64,000 nucleotides of DNA from Bacteroidia bacterium (GCA_026391475.1 JAPLED010000065.1:38702-102701), one strand, 5' to 3'; shown: positions 48,752 to 60,036, counted from the first letter of the stretch. Notes: generated by a model not told the origin, from the sequence alone. Program-made: numbers and translations.

Positions 48752-50167
48752 ATGAAACAACTTTTTTCTTCTTTAATGACATTATTGATTGCACTTGTCA
48801 TTTCTTCCGGCGCCCTTTATGGTGAAGTAAAATTGCCGGCGATATTTGGCGATAATATGGTATTGCAGCAACAGACTGATGCAGCTATATGGGGAACAGC
48901 TGCAAAAAATGCTACAATTAAAGTTACAACATCATGGAATAATAAAAATTATTCTGCCAGGGCTGGTAATGACGGAAAATGGAAACTTAAGGTTGCTACA
49001 CCATCAGCAGGCGGACCTTATGAAGTTACTATCAGCGATGGTACAACATTGAGACTGAAAAATGTAATGATAGGGGAGGTTTGGGTCTGTTCAGGGCAGT
49101 CGAATATGGAAATGCCTATGAAGGGCTATATGAATCAACCCATAGCAGGATCGATTGAAGCTATTGCAACTTCTTCAAATCCTGCAATCCGTTTATTTAC
49201 AGTGAAAAAGGCCATAAGCTTGCAACCATTAGATGATTTTTCAGGAAGCTGGAAGAATTGTGAACCTGAAAATGTCAGCGAATTCAGTGCAACTGCTTAC
49301 TATTTTGGTTTAATGCTGTATGAGACGTTGAAAGTTCCGATAGGACTGATCAATACCAGCTGGGGAGGTACCCGTATCGAACCCTGGATCAGCGAAAATG
49401 GATTTCAAAAATTTGATTTTATTAAACTTCCGGATAAAAACCAGCAAGGGACTCTTTCGCAGCAGACACCTACTGTTTTATTTAATGCAATGATAAACCC
49501 TATGGTTGGCTATGGTATCAAAGGCGCAATCTGGTATCAGGGTGAATCAAACCGCAATGAAGCGAACCAATATGTCCAGTTGTTGCCAGGGATGGTCGAA
49601 AACTGGCGTTCTGTATGGGGTGTTGGCGATTTCCCATTCTACTATGTTCAGATAGCTCCTTACGATTATGGACCAACCGGTTTGAGCTCTGCATATCTGC
49701 GCGAAGCTCAACTTAAAGCATCAACTGCAATTCCTGATATTGGTATGGCCTCTATCATGGATATTGGTGAAAAAGATTGTATTCATCCAGCCAATAAAAA
49801 GGCCGGGTCTGACCGTCTTGCATTTCTTGCCCTTGCAAAAACCTATGGAAAAGCCGGATTTGCCAGCTCAGGACCTGTCTTCAAGGAAATGATAGTTACA
49901 GGTTCGGTAGTAAAGCTGACTTTCAATAACGCAGTCAATGGTCTTACTTCATATGGAAAAGATCTGTCGTGTTTCGAGATTGCGGGTGCAAATAAACGAT
50001 TCTTCCCGGCCAAAGCATTTATAATTGGTAGTGGGATTACCCTGTTTTGCCCGTCTGTTGCAGAACCTGTTGCTGTAAGGTATGCTTTCAAAGACTTTAT
50101 TATAGGAGACCTGTTCAATACTGAAGGTTTACCGGCATCATCGTTCCGTACTGATAATTGGGAATAG
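48752..50167 (+). CDS. Sialate O-acetylesterase-like (SASA/DUF303) carbohydrate esterase, secreted
   Basis: 471 aa with a signal peptide. GEVWVCSGQSNME carries the catalytic-Ser block typical of the SASA family, and GAIWYQGESN is also present. Confidence 0.82.
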   Translation: MKQLFSSLMTLLIALVISSGALYGEVKLPAIFGDNMVLQQQTDAAIWGTAAKNATIKVTTSWNNKNYSARAGNDGKWKLKVATPSAGGPYEVTISDGTTLRLKNVMIGEVWVCSGQSNMEMPMKGYMNQPIAGSIEAIATSSNPAIRLFTVKKAISLQPLDDFSGSWKNCEPENVSEFSATAYYFGLMLYETLKVPIGLINTSWGGTRIEPWISENGFQKFDFIKLPDKNQQGTLSQQTPTVLFNAMINPMVGYGIKGAIWYQGESNRNEANQYVQLLPGMVENWRSVWGVGDFPFYYVQIAPYDYGPTGLSSAYLREAQLKASTAIPDIGMASIMDIGEKDCIHPANKKAGSDRLAFLALAKTYGKAGFASSGPVFKEMIVTGSVVKLTFNNAVNGLTSYGKDLSCFEIAGANKRFFPAKAFIIGSGITLFCPSVAEPVAVRYAFKDFIIGDLFNTEGLPASSFRTDNWE

Positions 50168-50200
50168 AAATTTTTTGTTTACTTAAATAATTCTATAGTT

Positions 50201-52588
50201 ATGAAAAAAAATATCTTCTTATTCTTCCTGGTTGTGGCATTTAGTCTGCCAGTCAAATCACAAACAGAAATTACACCTAAACTGGGCAAGGATCCTGTTA
50301 AAAAGGTCATTGCAGCAATGACCCTTGAAGAAAAAGCCGGTCTGGTTGTCGGCACAGGAATGAGGATGCCAGGTGCCCCGCCTGCTGCATCTGCTGCAAA
50401 TACTCCGGCAGCTCCGGTTATCGGGCAAACCCAAAGTCTGGTTGCCGGTGCAGCCGGTACATCTTTTGCAATTCAGTGTCTGGGTATAACACCCATGGTA
50501 CTGGCTGATGGTCCTGCCGGGTTAAGAATCAGCCCGACCAGGGAGAATGATAAGAATACCTATTATTGTACAGCTTTTCCGGTCGCTACCTTACTCGCCT
50601 CGACCTGGGATACTGAGCTGGTAAACAAAGTAGGGCAGTCGATAGGTAATGAAGTTCTTGAATACGGAGCAGACGTTTTGTTGGGCCCCGGAATGAATAT
50701 TCATCGTAACCCGTTGTGCGGAAGGAACTTCGAATACTATTCTGAAGATCCTTATGTTACAGGTAAAATTGCAGCTGCCATGGTTAATGGTGTTGAGTCG
50801 CAGGGCGTAGGCACCTCTGTGAAGCACTTTGCTGCCAACAACGCTGAAACAAACAGGAATTCACTGAATACAAACATCAGCGAACGGGCATTGCGTGAGA
50901 TTTATCTTGAGGGATTCAGGATTGTCGTGCAGGAAGGTCAGCCATGGACTATAATGTCTTCCTATAACCTCATTAACGGTATTTATACATCTGAAAATCC
51001 TGAGCTTCTGACAAACATTTTAAGAAAGGACTGGGGTTTCAAAGGGTATGTAATGACCGACTGGTTTGGGGGTAAGGATCCGGTAGCTCAGATGATTGCC
51101 GGAAATGATTTACTTATGCCGGGAAACCCGGGCCAGGTTCAGACAATAATCAAAGCTGTTCAGGATGGTAAACTTGATGTCAAAATATTAGATAAAAACG
51201 TTGAAAGAATTCTGAATATAATACTGCAGAGTCCACGATTCAAAGGCTATAAATTTTCCAATAAACCTGATCTTAAAGCTCATGCACAGATAACACGTCA
51301 GGCTGCTGCTGAAGGAATGGTATTGTTGAAAAATGTAAATGGTGCATTACCGTTTGGAACTGCAATCAAAAATATTGCTGCCTTCGGTAATACTTCTTAT
51401 GAAATAATTACCGGTGGAACGGGTAGCGGTGATGTAAATGAGGCTTATAGTATTTCGCTTATAGATGGATTGCAGAATGCCGGTTTCAAAGCTAATGAAG
51501 ACCTTCATGCACTTTATGCCAACTACCTGAAACTTACAAAAGCAGGCCGCCCGCAAAACAGGGGATTTATGATGGGATCAAAACCCATTGAAGAACTGAA
51601 TCTCAACCAGGATATAATCAATGGGATGGCAAATTTATCCGATGCAGCGATTATTACGATAGGAAGAAACTCAGGTGAGGGAAGCGATCGTGCCAATGCA
51701 AAAGGTGATTTTCAGCTAAGCGATTATGAACAGCAACTCATTAAAAATGTGTCAACTGCATTTAAAGCAAAAGGGAAAAAGGTGGTAGTTATACTGAATG
51801 TGGGTGGTGTAATTGAAACTGCGAGCTGGCGAGTTTTGCCAGACGCAATACTTATTGCCTGGCAGGCCGGTCAGGAAACCGGAAATTCAATTGCTGATAT
51901 CGTAAGCGGTAAGGTCAACCCCTCAGGTAAAATTGCAACCACATTCCCTGTAACTTATGAAGATGTTCCGTCAGCAAAAACTTTTCCCGGAAAAGAATTG
52001 CCGGCAGAACAGTCTGCCGATCAGAGCCCTTTGAGTTCGTTCATGAGAATCAGGCCCGCAGTTGTTACTTATGAGGATGGTATTTATGTAGGTTATCGTT
52101 ACTACGAGACATTTAAGGTGAAACCTGCCTATGAATTTGGGTACGGATTGTCCTACACAAACTTTGCATATAGTAACATTAAACTGAATTCTCCAAAATT
52201 TACCGGCAGCATTACCGTTACAATTGATATAAAAAATAGTGGAACAGTCGCTGGTAAAGAGGTCGTAGAACTTTATCTCACTGCGCCAGCAGTAAAACTC
52301 GATAAACCGGCTTTGGAACTGAAAGGCTTTGCAAAAACAAGACTCCTCCAACCAGGGGAATCACAAACATTGACTTTTAAAATTGACAGCCGCAACCTTT
52401 CATCATTCTACCCTGTCAGTTCATCGTGGATTGCAGAAGCAGGGAAATATGAGGTAAAGATTGGAGCATCATCAAAAGATATAAGGCAAAGTGCTTCCTT
52501 CACACTGGCTAAAGATCTTACGGTTAAAAAAGAAAGCGTTTCACTTTTGCCAAAAGAAAAGATAAATGAGCTGAAACCCGGAATATAA
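50201..52588 (+). CDS. GH3 beta-glycosidase (beta-glucosidase/xylosidase type), secreted
   Basis: 795 aa. It contains KHFAANNAETNR and GYVMTDW (the nucleophile Asp region), plus a C-terminal fibronectin-III-like domain. Confidence 0.88.
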   Translation: MKKNIFLFFLVVAFSLPVKSQTEITPKLGKDPVKKVIAAMTLEEKAGLVVGTGMRMPGAPPAASAANTPAAPVIGQTQSLVAGAAGTSFAIQCLGITPMVLADGPAGLRISPTRENDKNTYYCTAFPVATLLASTWDTELVNKVGQSIGNEVLEYGADVLLGPGMNIHRNPLCGRNFEYYSEDPYVTGKIAAAMVNGVESQGVGTSVKHFAANNAETNRNSLNTNISERALREIYLEGFRIVVQEGQPWTIMSSYNLINGIYTSENPELLTNILRKDWGFKGYVMTDWFGGKDPVAQMIAGNDLLMPGNPGQVQTIIKAVQDGKLDVKILDKNVERILNIILQSPRFKGYKFSNKPDLKAHAQITRQAAAEGMVLLKNVNGALPFGTAIKNIAAFGNTSYEIITGGTGSGDVNEAYSISLIDGLQNAGFKANEDLHALYANYLKLTKAGRPQNRGFMMGSKPIEELNLNQDIINGMANLSDAAIITIGRNSGEGSDRANAKGDFQLSDYEQQLIKNVSTAFKAKGKKVVVILNVGGVIETASWRVLPDAILIAWQAGQETGNSIADIVSGKVNPSGKIATTFPVTYEDVPSAKTFPGKELPAEQSADQSPLSSFMRIRPAVVTYEDGIYVGYRYYETFKVKPAYEFGYGLSYTNFAYSNIKLNSPKFTGSITVTIDIKNSGTVAGKEVVELYLTAPAVKLDKPALELKGFAKTRLLQPGESQTLTFKIDSRNLSSFYPVSSSWIAEAGKYEVKIGASSKDIRQSASFTLAKDLTVKKESVSLLPKEKINELKPGI

Positions 52589-52605
52589 ATAACATGTTAA
52601 GTAAA

Positions 52606-54975
52606 TTATTCGGTTTTCAGGGAATTTGCCGGATTCATAATTGCAGCCTGGTAAGCCTTGTAACTAATGGTAATAAATGTTATTAAAAGGGTCAATATTG
52701 CTGCAATAATAAACAGTGGCAGGCCAATTTTAGTCCGGTAAACATAATTTTCTAACCAGTTACTCATAAAAAGATATGCAACAGGGACAGCAATTACTAT
52801 TCCGATTGTAACAAGTATGAGAAAATCCTTTGATATTAATCTCAGAATTATACTCTCGTTTGCTCCAAACACTTTTCTGATTCCAATCTCTTTTGTACGC
52901 TGTTCCACCATATATGACGCTAATCCAAACAGACCAAGGCAGGCAATAAGTATTGCAAGGATCGTAAACAGTGTAAAGATTAATCCGCGTTTTTCATCGG
53001 CTTCAAATTGCCTGTTAAACCTTTCAGCCAGATATGTATATGTGAAAGGCTGGTCGGGGAAAACTTCTTTCCATTTTGTTTCGATATAACTCAGGGTCGG
53101 TTGGGTATCATTACCGGTGAGTTTTATATATACAACATTATTCCGGGTACGGTAAGCCAGTAAAAGTGATTCGATTTCGTTATACATTCCGGTTTGATGA
53201 TAGTCCTGCATTACACCGATAACCCTTGCACGAAGTGTGTTCGCATCACCTAACTCAATTTTCTTTCCGATTGGTTCAGACCAGTTCATACGTTTTACGA
53301 ATGTCTCATTCACAACAATCCCGGTCAGAGTATCAGAAGGCATATCCTGCTGAAAATCACGTCCGTTGATAATTTTGATTCCAAGTGTTTCAACGAAATC
53401 ATGGTCAACAACAGCAAAATTAACGCCTCTTTGAGACATACCCTGGTCAGTTTCTACATTGAAAAGAAGTTTTCCTGAACCTTCACCAACAGGGGTATCT
53501 GTTGCGCTAACATATTTTATATTTGGATTTTCAAGGAGAATTTGTTTCAGAACAGGATACTTTTGAACCATAGCCTGATTCAGCTGAAGGCTGATAACAT
53601 TTTTCTGATCAAATCCCTGATCCATTGTTTTTAGATAGTTTAACTGCCTGAATACGACCAGTGTACAAATTATCATTATTACTGAAACAGTAAACTGGAT
53701 CACAACAAGTATTTTACGGAACAGGCTTCCGGCTGATCCCTGCGTTATTTCACCCTTAAGAACAGTTACAGGGCTGAACCGTGAAAGGAAAAAAGCCGGA
53801 TAACTTCCCCCGAAGATGCCAACTACCAGTATTACACCAAATAAGGTAAATAATACAACAGGACTATAAATAACATGGAGATCGAATGACTTACCGGCAA
53901 GGAGGTTAAACTTTGGTAATAGTACTATAAGAAAAATAACACTAAATATAAGAGAGATGATTGTAAAGACGGTTGATTCGGCAAGGAACTGAAGTACCAG
54001 AGGTCCGCGGCGCGACCCGACAACTTTCCGCAGACCAACCTCACGTGCCCGCCTTGTTGAGCGTGCCGTAGCCAGATTCATATAATTCATAGCTGCGATA
54101 AGGACAAGGAATAGTGCGACTATAGCGAAAATATAAACATAGGTAATACTTCCTGTTGGTTCAGGTTCTCCAGCTTTTGTTGAATAAAGATGGATCCGGG
54201 TAATTGGTTCAAGGATATATTCCACTGTTATATTTACCGGTCCGAATATTGGTTTCATATATGCAGTATACATCTCCTGCATTTTTGTTTCAAATGCCTT
54301 AATATCAAAGTTTTCGGGAAACAGAAGGTATGTGAATACCCCAAAATTGCCCCAGGTTCCCAGTTGCTTCGGCAAATTATTCCTTGAAGCCAGGGCATCA
54401 AAACGAAAATGAGAATTGGAAGGAACATCTTTTATAACCCCGGTAACTTCATAGGTATTGGTACCTGCCGTAAGAGTTTTTCTAATAGGATCAGTATTAC
54501 CAAAGTATTTGGCAGCAATTTTTTCAGTAAGTATAATTTTATTCGGTTCCAGAAGAGCTGTTTTAACTTCCCCTTTTATAACTTTATAAGTAAATATGTC
54601 AAACAGGGTAGAATCAACATAAAAGAAATTCTCCTCATTGAATTCCTTGTCTTCATATTTATAAAGCGAGCGGGGCATATTTATAAACCGTACAAAAGCC
54701 TGAACCTCAGGATAGTCCTGTACTACCTGTGGCCCAAACGGTATCTGGGCAACGGTCCATATAAACTGGTCATCAGGCTCGGTGATTTTAGATGAAACAC
54801 GATAAATCCTGTCAGCTTTCTCGTGATAACGGTCATAGCTCACTTCATCAGCTACATAAATAATAAGGAACAGAGCACTGGTAATACCTAAAGTAAGTCC
54901 CAGAATATTCAGAATGCTATAACCAAAATGTTTCAGTATATGTCTGATAGCTGTTTTAATAAGATTTTTTAACAT
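52606..54975 (-). CDS. MacB-type ABC permease with two FtsX domains, no ATPase domain (paralog 1)
   Basis: 789 aa. It has an N-terminal TM helix followed by a MacB periplasmic-domain-like region, then FtsX TM bundles with the EIGIRKVFGA motif. The C-terminal NPANSLKTE is like that of the other paralogs. Confidence 0.85.
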   Translation of the reverse strand: MLKNLIKTAIRHILKHFGYSILNILGLTLGITSALFLIIYVADEVSYDRYHEKADRIYRVSSKITEPDDQFIWTVAQIPFGPQVVQDYPEVQAFVRFINMPRSLYKYEDKEFNEENFFYVDSTLFDIFTYKVIKGEVKTALLEPNKIILTEKIAAKYFGNTDPIRKTLTAGTNTYEVTGVIKDVPSNSHFRFDALASRNNLPKQLGTWGNFGVFTYLLFPENFDIKAFETKMQEMYTAYMKPIFGPVNITVEYILEPITRIHLYSTKAGEPEPTGSITYVYIFAIVALFLVLIAAMNYMNLATARSTRRAREVGLRKVVGSRRGPLVLQFLAESTVFTIISLIFSVIFLIVLLPKFNLLAGKSFDLHVIYSPVVLFTLFGVILVVGIFGGSYPAFFLSRFSPVTVLKGEITQGSAGSLFRKILVVIQFTVSVIMIICTLVVFRQLNYLKTMDQGFDQKNVISLQLNQAMVQKYPVLKQILLENPNIKYVSATDTPVGEGSGKLLFNVETDQGMSQRGVNFAVVDHDFVETLGIKIINGRDFQQDMPSDTLTGIVVNETFVKRMNWSEPIGKKIELGDANTLRARVIGVMQDYHQTGMYNEIESLLLAYRTRNNVVYIKLTGNDTQPTLSYIETKWKEVFPDQPFTYTYLAERFNRQFEADEKRGLIFTLFTILAILIACLGLFGLASYMVEQRTKEIGIRKVFGANESIILRLISKDFLILVTIGIVIAVPVAYLFMSNWLENYVYRTKIGLPLFIIAAILTLLITFITISYKAYQAAIMNPANSLKTE

Positions 54976-55216
54976 AAGGAATATAATTTGAGATAAGTAT
55001 ATGATGCAATAAAATTAAATTTAATTTTTCGTTGTTCAAAAAATGATTTAAACATTAACAGGACATTAACTATCCAAACGCTCTTAAAGTATAAAATACC
55101 TTTTTTGCAACATAATTGTTTTTTTTTCGTCTATTGAACGGAAAACAGCTATTAAAAAAACAGCAGAATTTTTTTAAAAATTAACGTACATATATAATCC
55201 TTTATTCCAGATTAAA

Positions 55217-57637
55217 ATGTTCAATAACCTGATCAAATACAGTTTAAGGTCTTTTAAAAGACAACGTGCATACATTATTATTAATATTCTGGGCCTTTCG
55301 ATTGGAATCGCATGCAGCCTTTTAATTGCACTTTTTGTGATCAATGAAGCAAGTTATGATAAGTATAATACTAAGAAAGACAGGATTTTCAGGGCTATCC
55401 TAAACGGTAAAATAAGTGGTCAGGAAGTAACCATTGCTACATCTCCTGCTGTTATGGGACCCACTATGATAAAGGAATTCCCCGAAATAGAAGATTTTCT
55501 AAGGATGACTTCAAGAGGTCCTACAGTAATTGAATATAATAAACAGACATTTACAGAAGATCACATGATTGAAGCCGATTCGTCTTTTTTTAATTTCTTT
55601 TCAATTCCTGTTATTAAGGGTGATCCTAAAAATCTTTTAAATGCTCCTCATAAAGCAGTGTTATCTGAAACCACTGCAAAGAAAATATTCGGTAATGAAA
55701 ACCCAATTGACAAAACGATCAAGATAGGATCAGATACTGTGCGATATATTGTTTCAGGAGTAATGGCTGACATTCCTGGAAATTCACATTTTGAAGCCAA
55801 TATTCTTGGATCATTTATGACTAATCCAAGATCAAAAAGCCCCGTTTGGCTGAGCAATAGCTTTTCCACCTATTTGCTTTTGAAGCCAAATACAAGTCAT
55901 GAAACGGTTGATGAAAAAATTCCTGAATTGATTATTAAATACGTAGGACCTGAAGTCCAGCAATATCTTGGAGTAACAGTAGCTGATTTTGAAAAGCAGG
56001 GTAATAAATACAGGTTTTATCTTCAGAATCTGAAAGATATACACCTTGATCCGTCAATTCAAACTGAGTTCAAAGCTTCAAGCGATCCCAAGTTCCTAAT
56101 AATATTTGGCAGTATTGCTATACTTATTGTTTTGATAGCAGCAATTAATTTTATGAACCTTTCCACTGCACAGGCATCTAAACGGGCTAAGGAAGTAGGA
56201 ATAAAAAAAATAGGCGGATCGTCAAGAGGGATGCTTATTTCTCAATTTCTATCCGAATCGTTCATAATTGCCTTCATATCGATGATTTTTGCTCTGGTTT
56301 TTGTTAAGGCAACTCTACCGTATTTAAATAATCTTCTTGGATCGAACTTGGATTTCAGACTTTTTGCCAGCTGGTATGTTATCCCACTGCTTTTTGTTTT
56401 TACAATTTTTGTAGGTTTTCTTGCAGGTAGTTATCCGGCCCTTTTTCTCTCTTCATTCAATCCTTATGAAGTACTTAAAGGAAGTTTTAAGAACAGTAAG
56501 ACTAATGGTCGGTTAAGAAGAGTTTTGGTAGTCTTTCAGTTTGCTGTCTCAATCCTTCTCATTGTTGGTACTCTGATCATGTACCGGCAGATAAAATTTA
56601 TGCTTAACAAGGATGTCGGGTTCAATAAGGAGCAATTGATTGTAATAAACAGGGCCGAAACTCTTGGAACAAAAATGAAATCGTTTAAGGAAGCTGTTAA
56701 AGGAATTCCTGGCGTTGTTAACATTGCCAGTTCCACTGCCGTTCCGGGCCGGACTAACAATACCAACGGTTACCGGATTGAAGGGAGGAAAGATGAGAGT
56801 TTTCTCATGGTAACTAACTGGGTCGACTATAATTATCTCGATACATATGGCATGTCGCTTGTTTCCGGAAGATTCTTTGATGAGTCTTATACCTCCGATC
56901 AGAGTGCTTGTCTTGTTAATGAGGCCACTATAAAGAATTTCGGAATAGCAGATTTTCAGAAAACAAGATTTATGGAACCTCGCGACTCAGGAAAAATGGA
57001 CTATCTGCCGATTTTGGGAGTCGTAAAAAATTTCAATTTCGAGTCGCTTCGTAATCCTATTACTCCATATATATTCAAATTTCAGAATGAAGGTATGCTA
57101 TGGGGTTATTTAACAGTAAGATTAACAGCTTCGAGTTATCAGAAAACGATAGGTGAGATTGAAGCAAAATGGAAAGAGTTTACAGCAAATGATCCATTGC
57201 AATACTATTTCCTGGATGCAGATTTTGAGAAAATGTATATCCAGGAAAAGCAGAATGCCCATATGGCTGTCATTTTTTCAATCCTGGCTATATTTATTGC
57301 ATCACTCGGACTTTTCGGACTGACCTCATTTACGGTTGAACAGCGTACAAAGGAGATTGGAGTCAGAAAAGCTATGGGCTCTTCTATAGCAGGTATATAT
57401 TATGAGATATCTAAAGAGATCATAATCCTTATTACAATCTCGTCTCTGTTTGCCTGGCCGATAATTTATTATATTGCAGGTAAATGGCTGGAGAATTTCT
57501 ATTACAGAATTAACCTCGGAGCTTTCAGTTTTATCGCCGGTCTTACTATTGCACTTGGAATTGCAATAGCAACAATCAGCTACAGGATACTTAGGGCAGC
57601 AAGAGTGAATCCGGCACAATCACTTAAATATGAATAG
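55217..57637 (+). CDS. MacB-type ABC permease with two FtsX domains (paralog 2)
   Basis: 806 aa. It has the same architecture as paralog 1, with KEVGIKKIGGS and KEIGVRKAMGS motifs and the C-terminal NPAQSLKYE. Confidence 0.85.
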   Translation: MFNNLIKYSLRSFKRQRAYIIINILGLSIGIACSLLIALFVINEASYDKYNTKKDRIFRAILNGKISGQEVTIATSPAVMGPTMIKEFPEIEDFLRMTSRGPTVIEYNKQTFTEDHMIEADSSFFNFFSIPVIKGDPKNLLNAPHKAVLSETTAKKIFGNENPIDKTIKIGSDTVRYIVSGVMADIPGNSHFEANILGSFMTNPRSKSPVWLSNSFSTYLLLKPNTSHETVDEKIPELIIKYVGPEVQQYLGVTVADFEKQGNKYRFYLQNLKDIHLDPSIQTEFKASSDPKFLIIFGSIAILIVLIAAINFMNLSTAQASKRAKEVGIKKIGGSSRGMLISQFLSESFIIAFISMIFALVFVKATLPYLNNLLGSNLDFRLFASWYVIPLLFVFTIFVGFLAGSYPALFLSSFNPYEVLKGSFKNSKTNGRLRRVLVVFQFAVSILLIVGTLIMYRQIKFMLNKDVGFNKEQLIVINRAETLGTKMKSFKEAVKGIPGVVNIASSTAVPGRTNNTNGYRIEGRKDESFLMVTNWVDYNYLDTYGMSLVSGRFFDESYTSDQSACLVNEATIKNFGIADFQKTRFMEPRDSGKMDYLPILGVVKNFNFESLRNPITPYIFKFQNEGMLWGYLTVRLTASSYQKTIGEIEAKWKEFTANDPLQYYFLDADFEKMYIQEKQNAHMAVIFSILAIFIASLGLFGLTSFTVEQRTKEIGVRKAMGSSIAGIYYEISKEIIILITISSLFAWPIIYYIAGKWLENFYYRINLGAFSFIAGLTIALGIAIATISYRILRAARVNPAQSLKYE

Positions 57638-57651
57638 AAAATCCTGAAAAA

Positions 57652-60027
57652 ATGTTTAGAAATTATCTGCTTGTCACCTTCAGAAATTTATTGAAATACA
57701 AAGTTTTTACAATAATAAATATTCTTGGTCTCGGAATTGCATTGTCAGTTTGTATAGTTGCATTTTTTAACCATATGTTCAATTATGAATTTGACAGGAC
57801 ACATGAAAATTTCAACAAAATTTACCGGGTAACCAGTTTCAGGGATATGCAGGGCAGGGAACAGGAATACGGGATTGTTCCTGCTACCATGGGCCTTGAG
57901 GTAAAAAAAGATATTCCCGGGATTGAAAAATCAGCAAGATTAATGAGAACAGGTTCACCTGTTAAGGAAGGTGATGATATCTTTCCTGCTCAGATCTCAT
58001 ATGTTGATCCTGAATTTCTGGAAATATTCACCTTTCCAATAGTCCTTGGCGATCAGAAATCAATTGAAAAACAGGGGAATGTACTTATAAGCAGAAAGAT
58101 GGCATCGACTCTTTTCGGAGAGGAATATCCTATTGGAAAAACTATTTCAATTGTGAATGATAGGAATAAAGAGTTTACCTACTCTGTCAGTGCTGTTTTT
58201 GAAGATTTGCCTGAAAATTCCAGTTTCAGGATTGATATTCTTTCGCATTTTGATAATTTTCTATTAATGTGGGAAGTTAAAGATGCTGATTGGAAATTCA
58301 TGACTACTGTTCTTTTTATACAGGTTCCGGACAAATCACTACTTTCTTCAGTCACACAATCGCTGAAAAATTACATTCCTGTTCAGAACAGGGCAAGGGA
58401 GGATTTCAGAATTAACAGGTTTACTCTTGTTCCCTTAAAAGATGTCGGTGAAAATTCAAGGAATATCTGGTCATCGGGGCTTTTTCCTTCTCTTCATCCG
58501 GCTGCGCTTATTGCTCCCCCCATAATGGCACTCTTTATTCTGTTAATTGCATGTTTCAATTTTGCAAATACATCTATAGCAACTTTCAGTAAACGACTAA
58601 AAGAGATAGGATTAAGGAAAACATTTGGTGGGCAGCGTAAACAACTTGTAGCTCAGTTTATGTTCGAAACCCTCATCATTTGTTTGCTGGCACTTTTTGT
58701 TGGCATTGCTTTTGCAGAATTCCTGGTTCCTGCCTACAGCAACCTGTGGGCTTACATGTCAATAGAAATGACTTTTACAGGGCATGCATTTTTTTGGGTC
58801 TTTCTCCTTTTGCTTCTTCTGCTTACAGGCTTTATTGCAGGTGTATATCCTGCAATTTACGTAAGTTCATTCAGTCCGGTAAATGTTCTGAAAGGTGCCT
58901 CACCTTTCAGAGGATCAGGAAAGTTATCTTCAGTTCTTCTGAGGCTGCAATTTACCATTTCTGTTATGGCCCTGGTAATGGGTATCGTTTTTGCAAAGAA
59001 TGCAGCGTATCAGAAAACACTTGATCTTGGATATGACAGAGATAAATTGATAGTTGTACCGATTGCTCCGGATTTATTCACCTCTTTCAGAAACGAAATT
59101 ATCACCAATCCAAAAATTATTTCTGCTGAAGGCACCCAGAATCATATTGGATATGGAAGTTATCGGCGACCAATTAAGGATAATGAAAAACAATTAGAGG
59201 TAGATGTTATGGATATCGGACCGGAATATGCCCAGACAATGGGTCTCAGGCTTGCTGATGGCCGTTTTTTTGATGAGTTGAGGGTAGCAGCCGACCGTGC
59301 AAATGCCTCAATTATTGTAAATCAGAAACTGGTTAATGATTTTGGCTGGAAAGAGGCAATCGGAAAGACAGTTACACTCTATGATACAACAAAACTGACA
59401 GTAATAGGAGTTGTTAAGGATTTCTATCTGGGCGGAGTCTGGCAAGAGATTGAACCTGCAATGCTAAGATTATCACGAACTGATCAATATGGTATTCTGG
59501 CAGTAAGGGCAAACCCTGAAGATTTGCCGGGCGTTCTGGAATATATTAATCTGAAATGGAAAAGCATGACAACAAAATCTATTTTCGGAGGAAGGCTTCA
59601 GGAGGACCTCATGCAGGAAGAAAAGGATATTAACGGGAGCATTATGAAAGTTAATATATTCCTGGCTATCATAGCCACATTGTTATCCCTTATTGGAATG
59701 TATAACCTTGTATCACTGGATATAATAAGACGTACCAAGGAGATGGGTATAAGAAAGATACAGGGAGCCCCTGTCCCTCTTTTAATGTTTCTGGTGAGTA
59801 AGAAATTCCTTATTGTGCTTGTTGTTGCTTCAGTTCTGGGAGGCGCAGGGGGATATTATATGTCTGTACAGCTTATGGACAGTATCTGGGATTACTTTGT
59901 TTCTATTAATGCAGGTACTCTGCTGCTTGCAGCTTCAATAATGTTTGTTGCAACAACTTTTACTATTATCTTCAAGATTGCAAGGGCAGCTATGAAAAAT
60001 CCGGTTGTTTCACTGAGGTATGAGTGA
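57652..60027 (+). CDS. MacB-type ABC permease with two FtsX domains (paralog 3)
   Basis: 791 aa. It has the same architecture as paralog 1, with KEIGLRKTFGG and KEMGIRKIQGA motifs and the C-terminal NPVVSLRYE. It starts 14 nt after paralog 2. Confidence 0.85.
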   Translation: MFRNYLLVTFRNLLKYKVFTIINILGLGIALSVCIVAFFNHMFNYEFDRTHENFNKIYRVTSFRDMQGREQEYGIVPATMGLEVKKDIPGIEKSARLMRTGSPVKEGDDIFPAQISYVDPEFLEIFTFPIVLGDQKSIEKQGNVLISRKMASTLFGEEYPIGKTISIVNDRNKEFTYSVSAVFEDLPENSSFRIDILSHFDNFLLMWEVKDADWKFMTTVLFIQVPDKSLLSSVTQSLKNYIPVQNRAREDFRINRFTLVPLKDVGENSRNIWSSGLFPSLHPAALIAPPIMALFILLIACFNFANTSIATFSKRLKEIGLRKTFGGQRKQLVAQFMFETLIICLLALFVGIAFAEFLVPAYSNLWAYMSIEMTFTGHAFFWVFLLLLLLLTGFIAGVYPAIYVSSFSPVNVLKGASPFRGSGKLSSVLLRLQFTISVMALVMGIVFAKNAAYQKTLDLGYDRDKLIVVPIAPDLFTSFRNEIITNPKIISAEGTQNHIGYGSYRRPIKDNEKQLEVDVMDIGPEYAQTMGLRLADGRFFDELRVAADRANASIIVNQKLVNDFGWKEAIGKTVTLYDTTKLTVIGVVKDFYLGGVWQEIEPAMLRLSRTDQYGILAVRANPEDLPGVLEYINLKWKSMTTKSIFGGRLQEDLMQEEKDINGSIMKVNIFLAIIATLLSLIGMYNLVSLDIIRRTKEMGIRKIQGAPVPLLMFLVSKKFLIVLVVASVLGGAGGYYMSVQLMDSIWDYFVSINAGTLLLAASIMFVATTFTIIFKIARAAMKNPVVSLRYE

Positions 60028-60036
60028 TAATAAATA

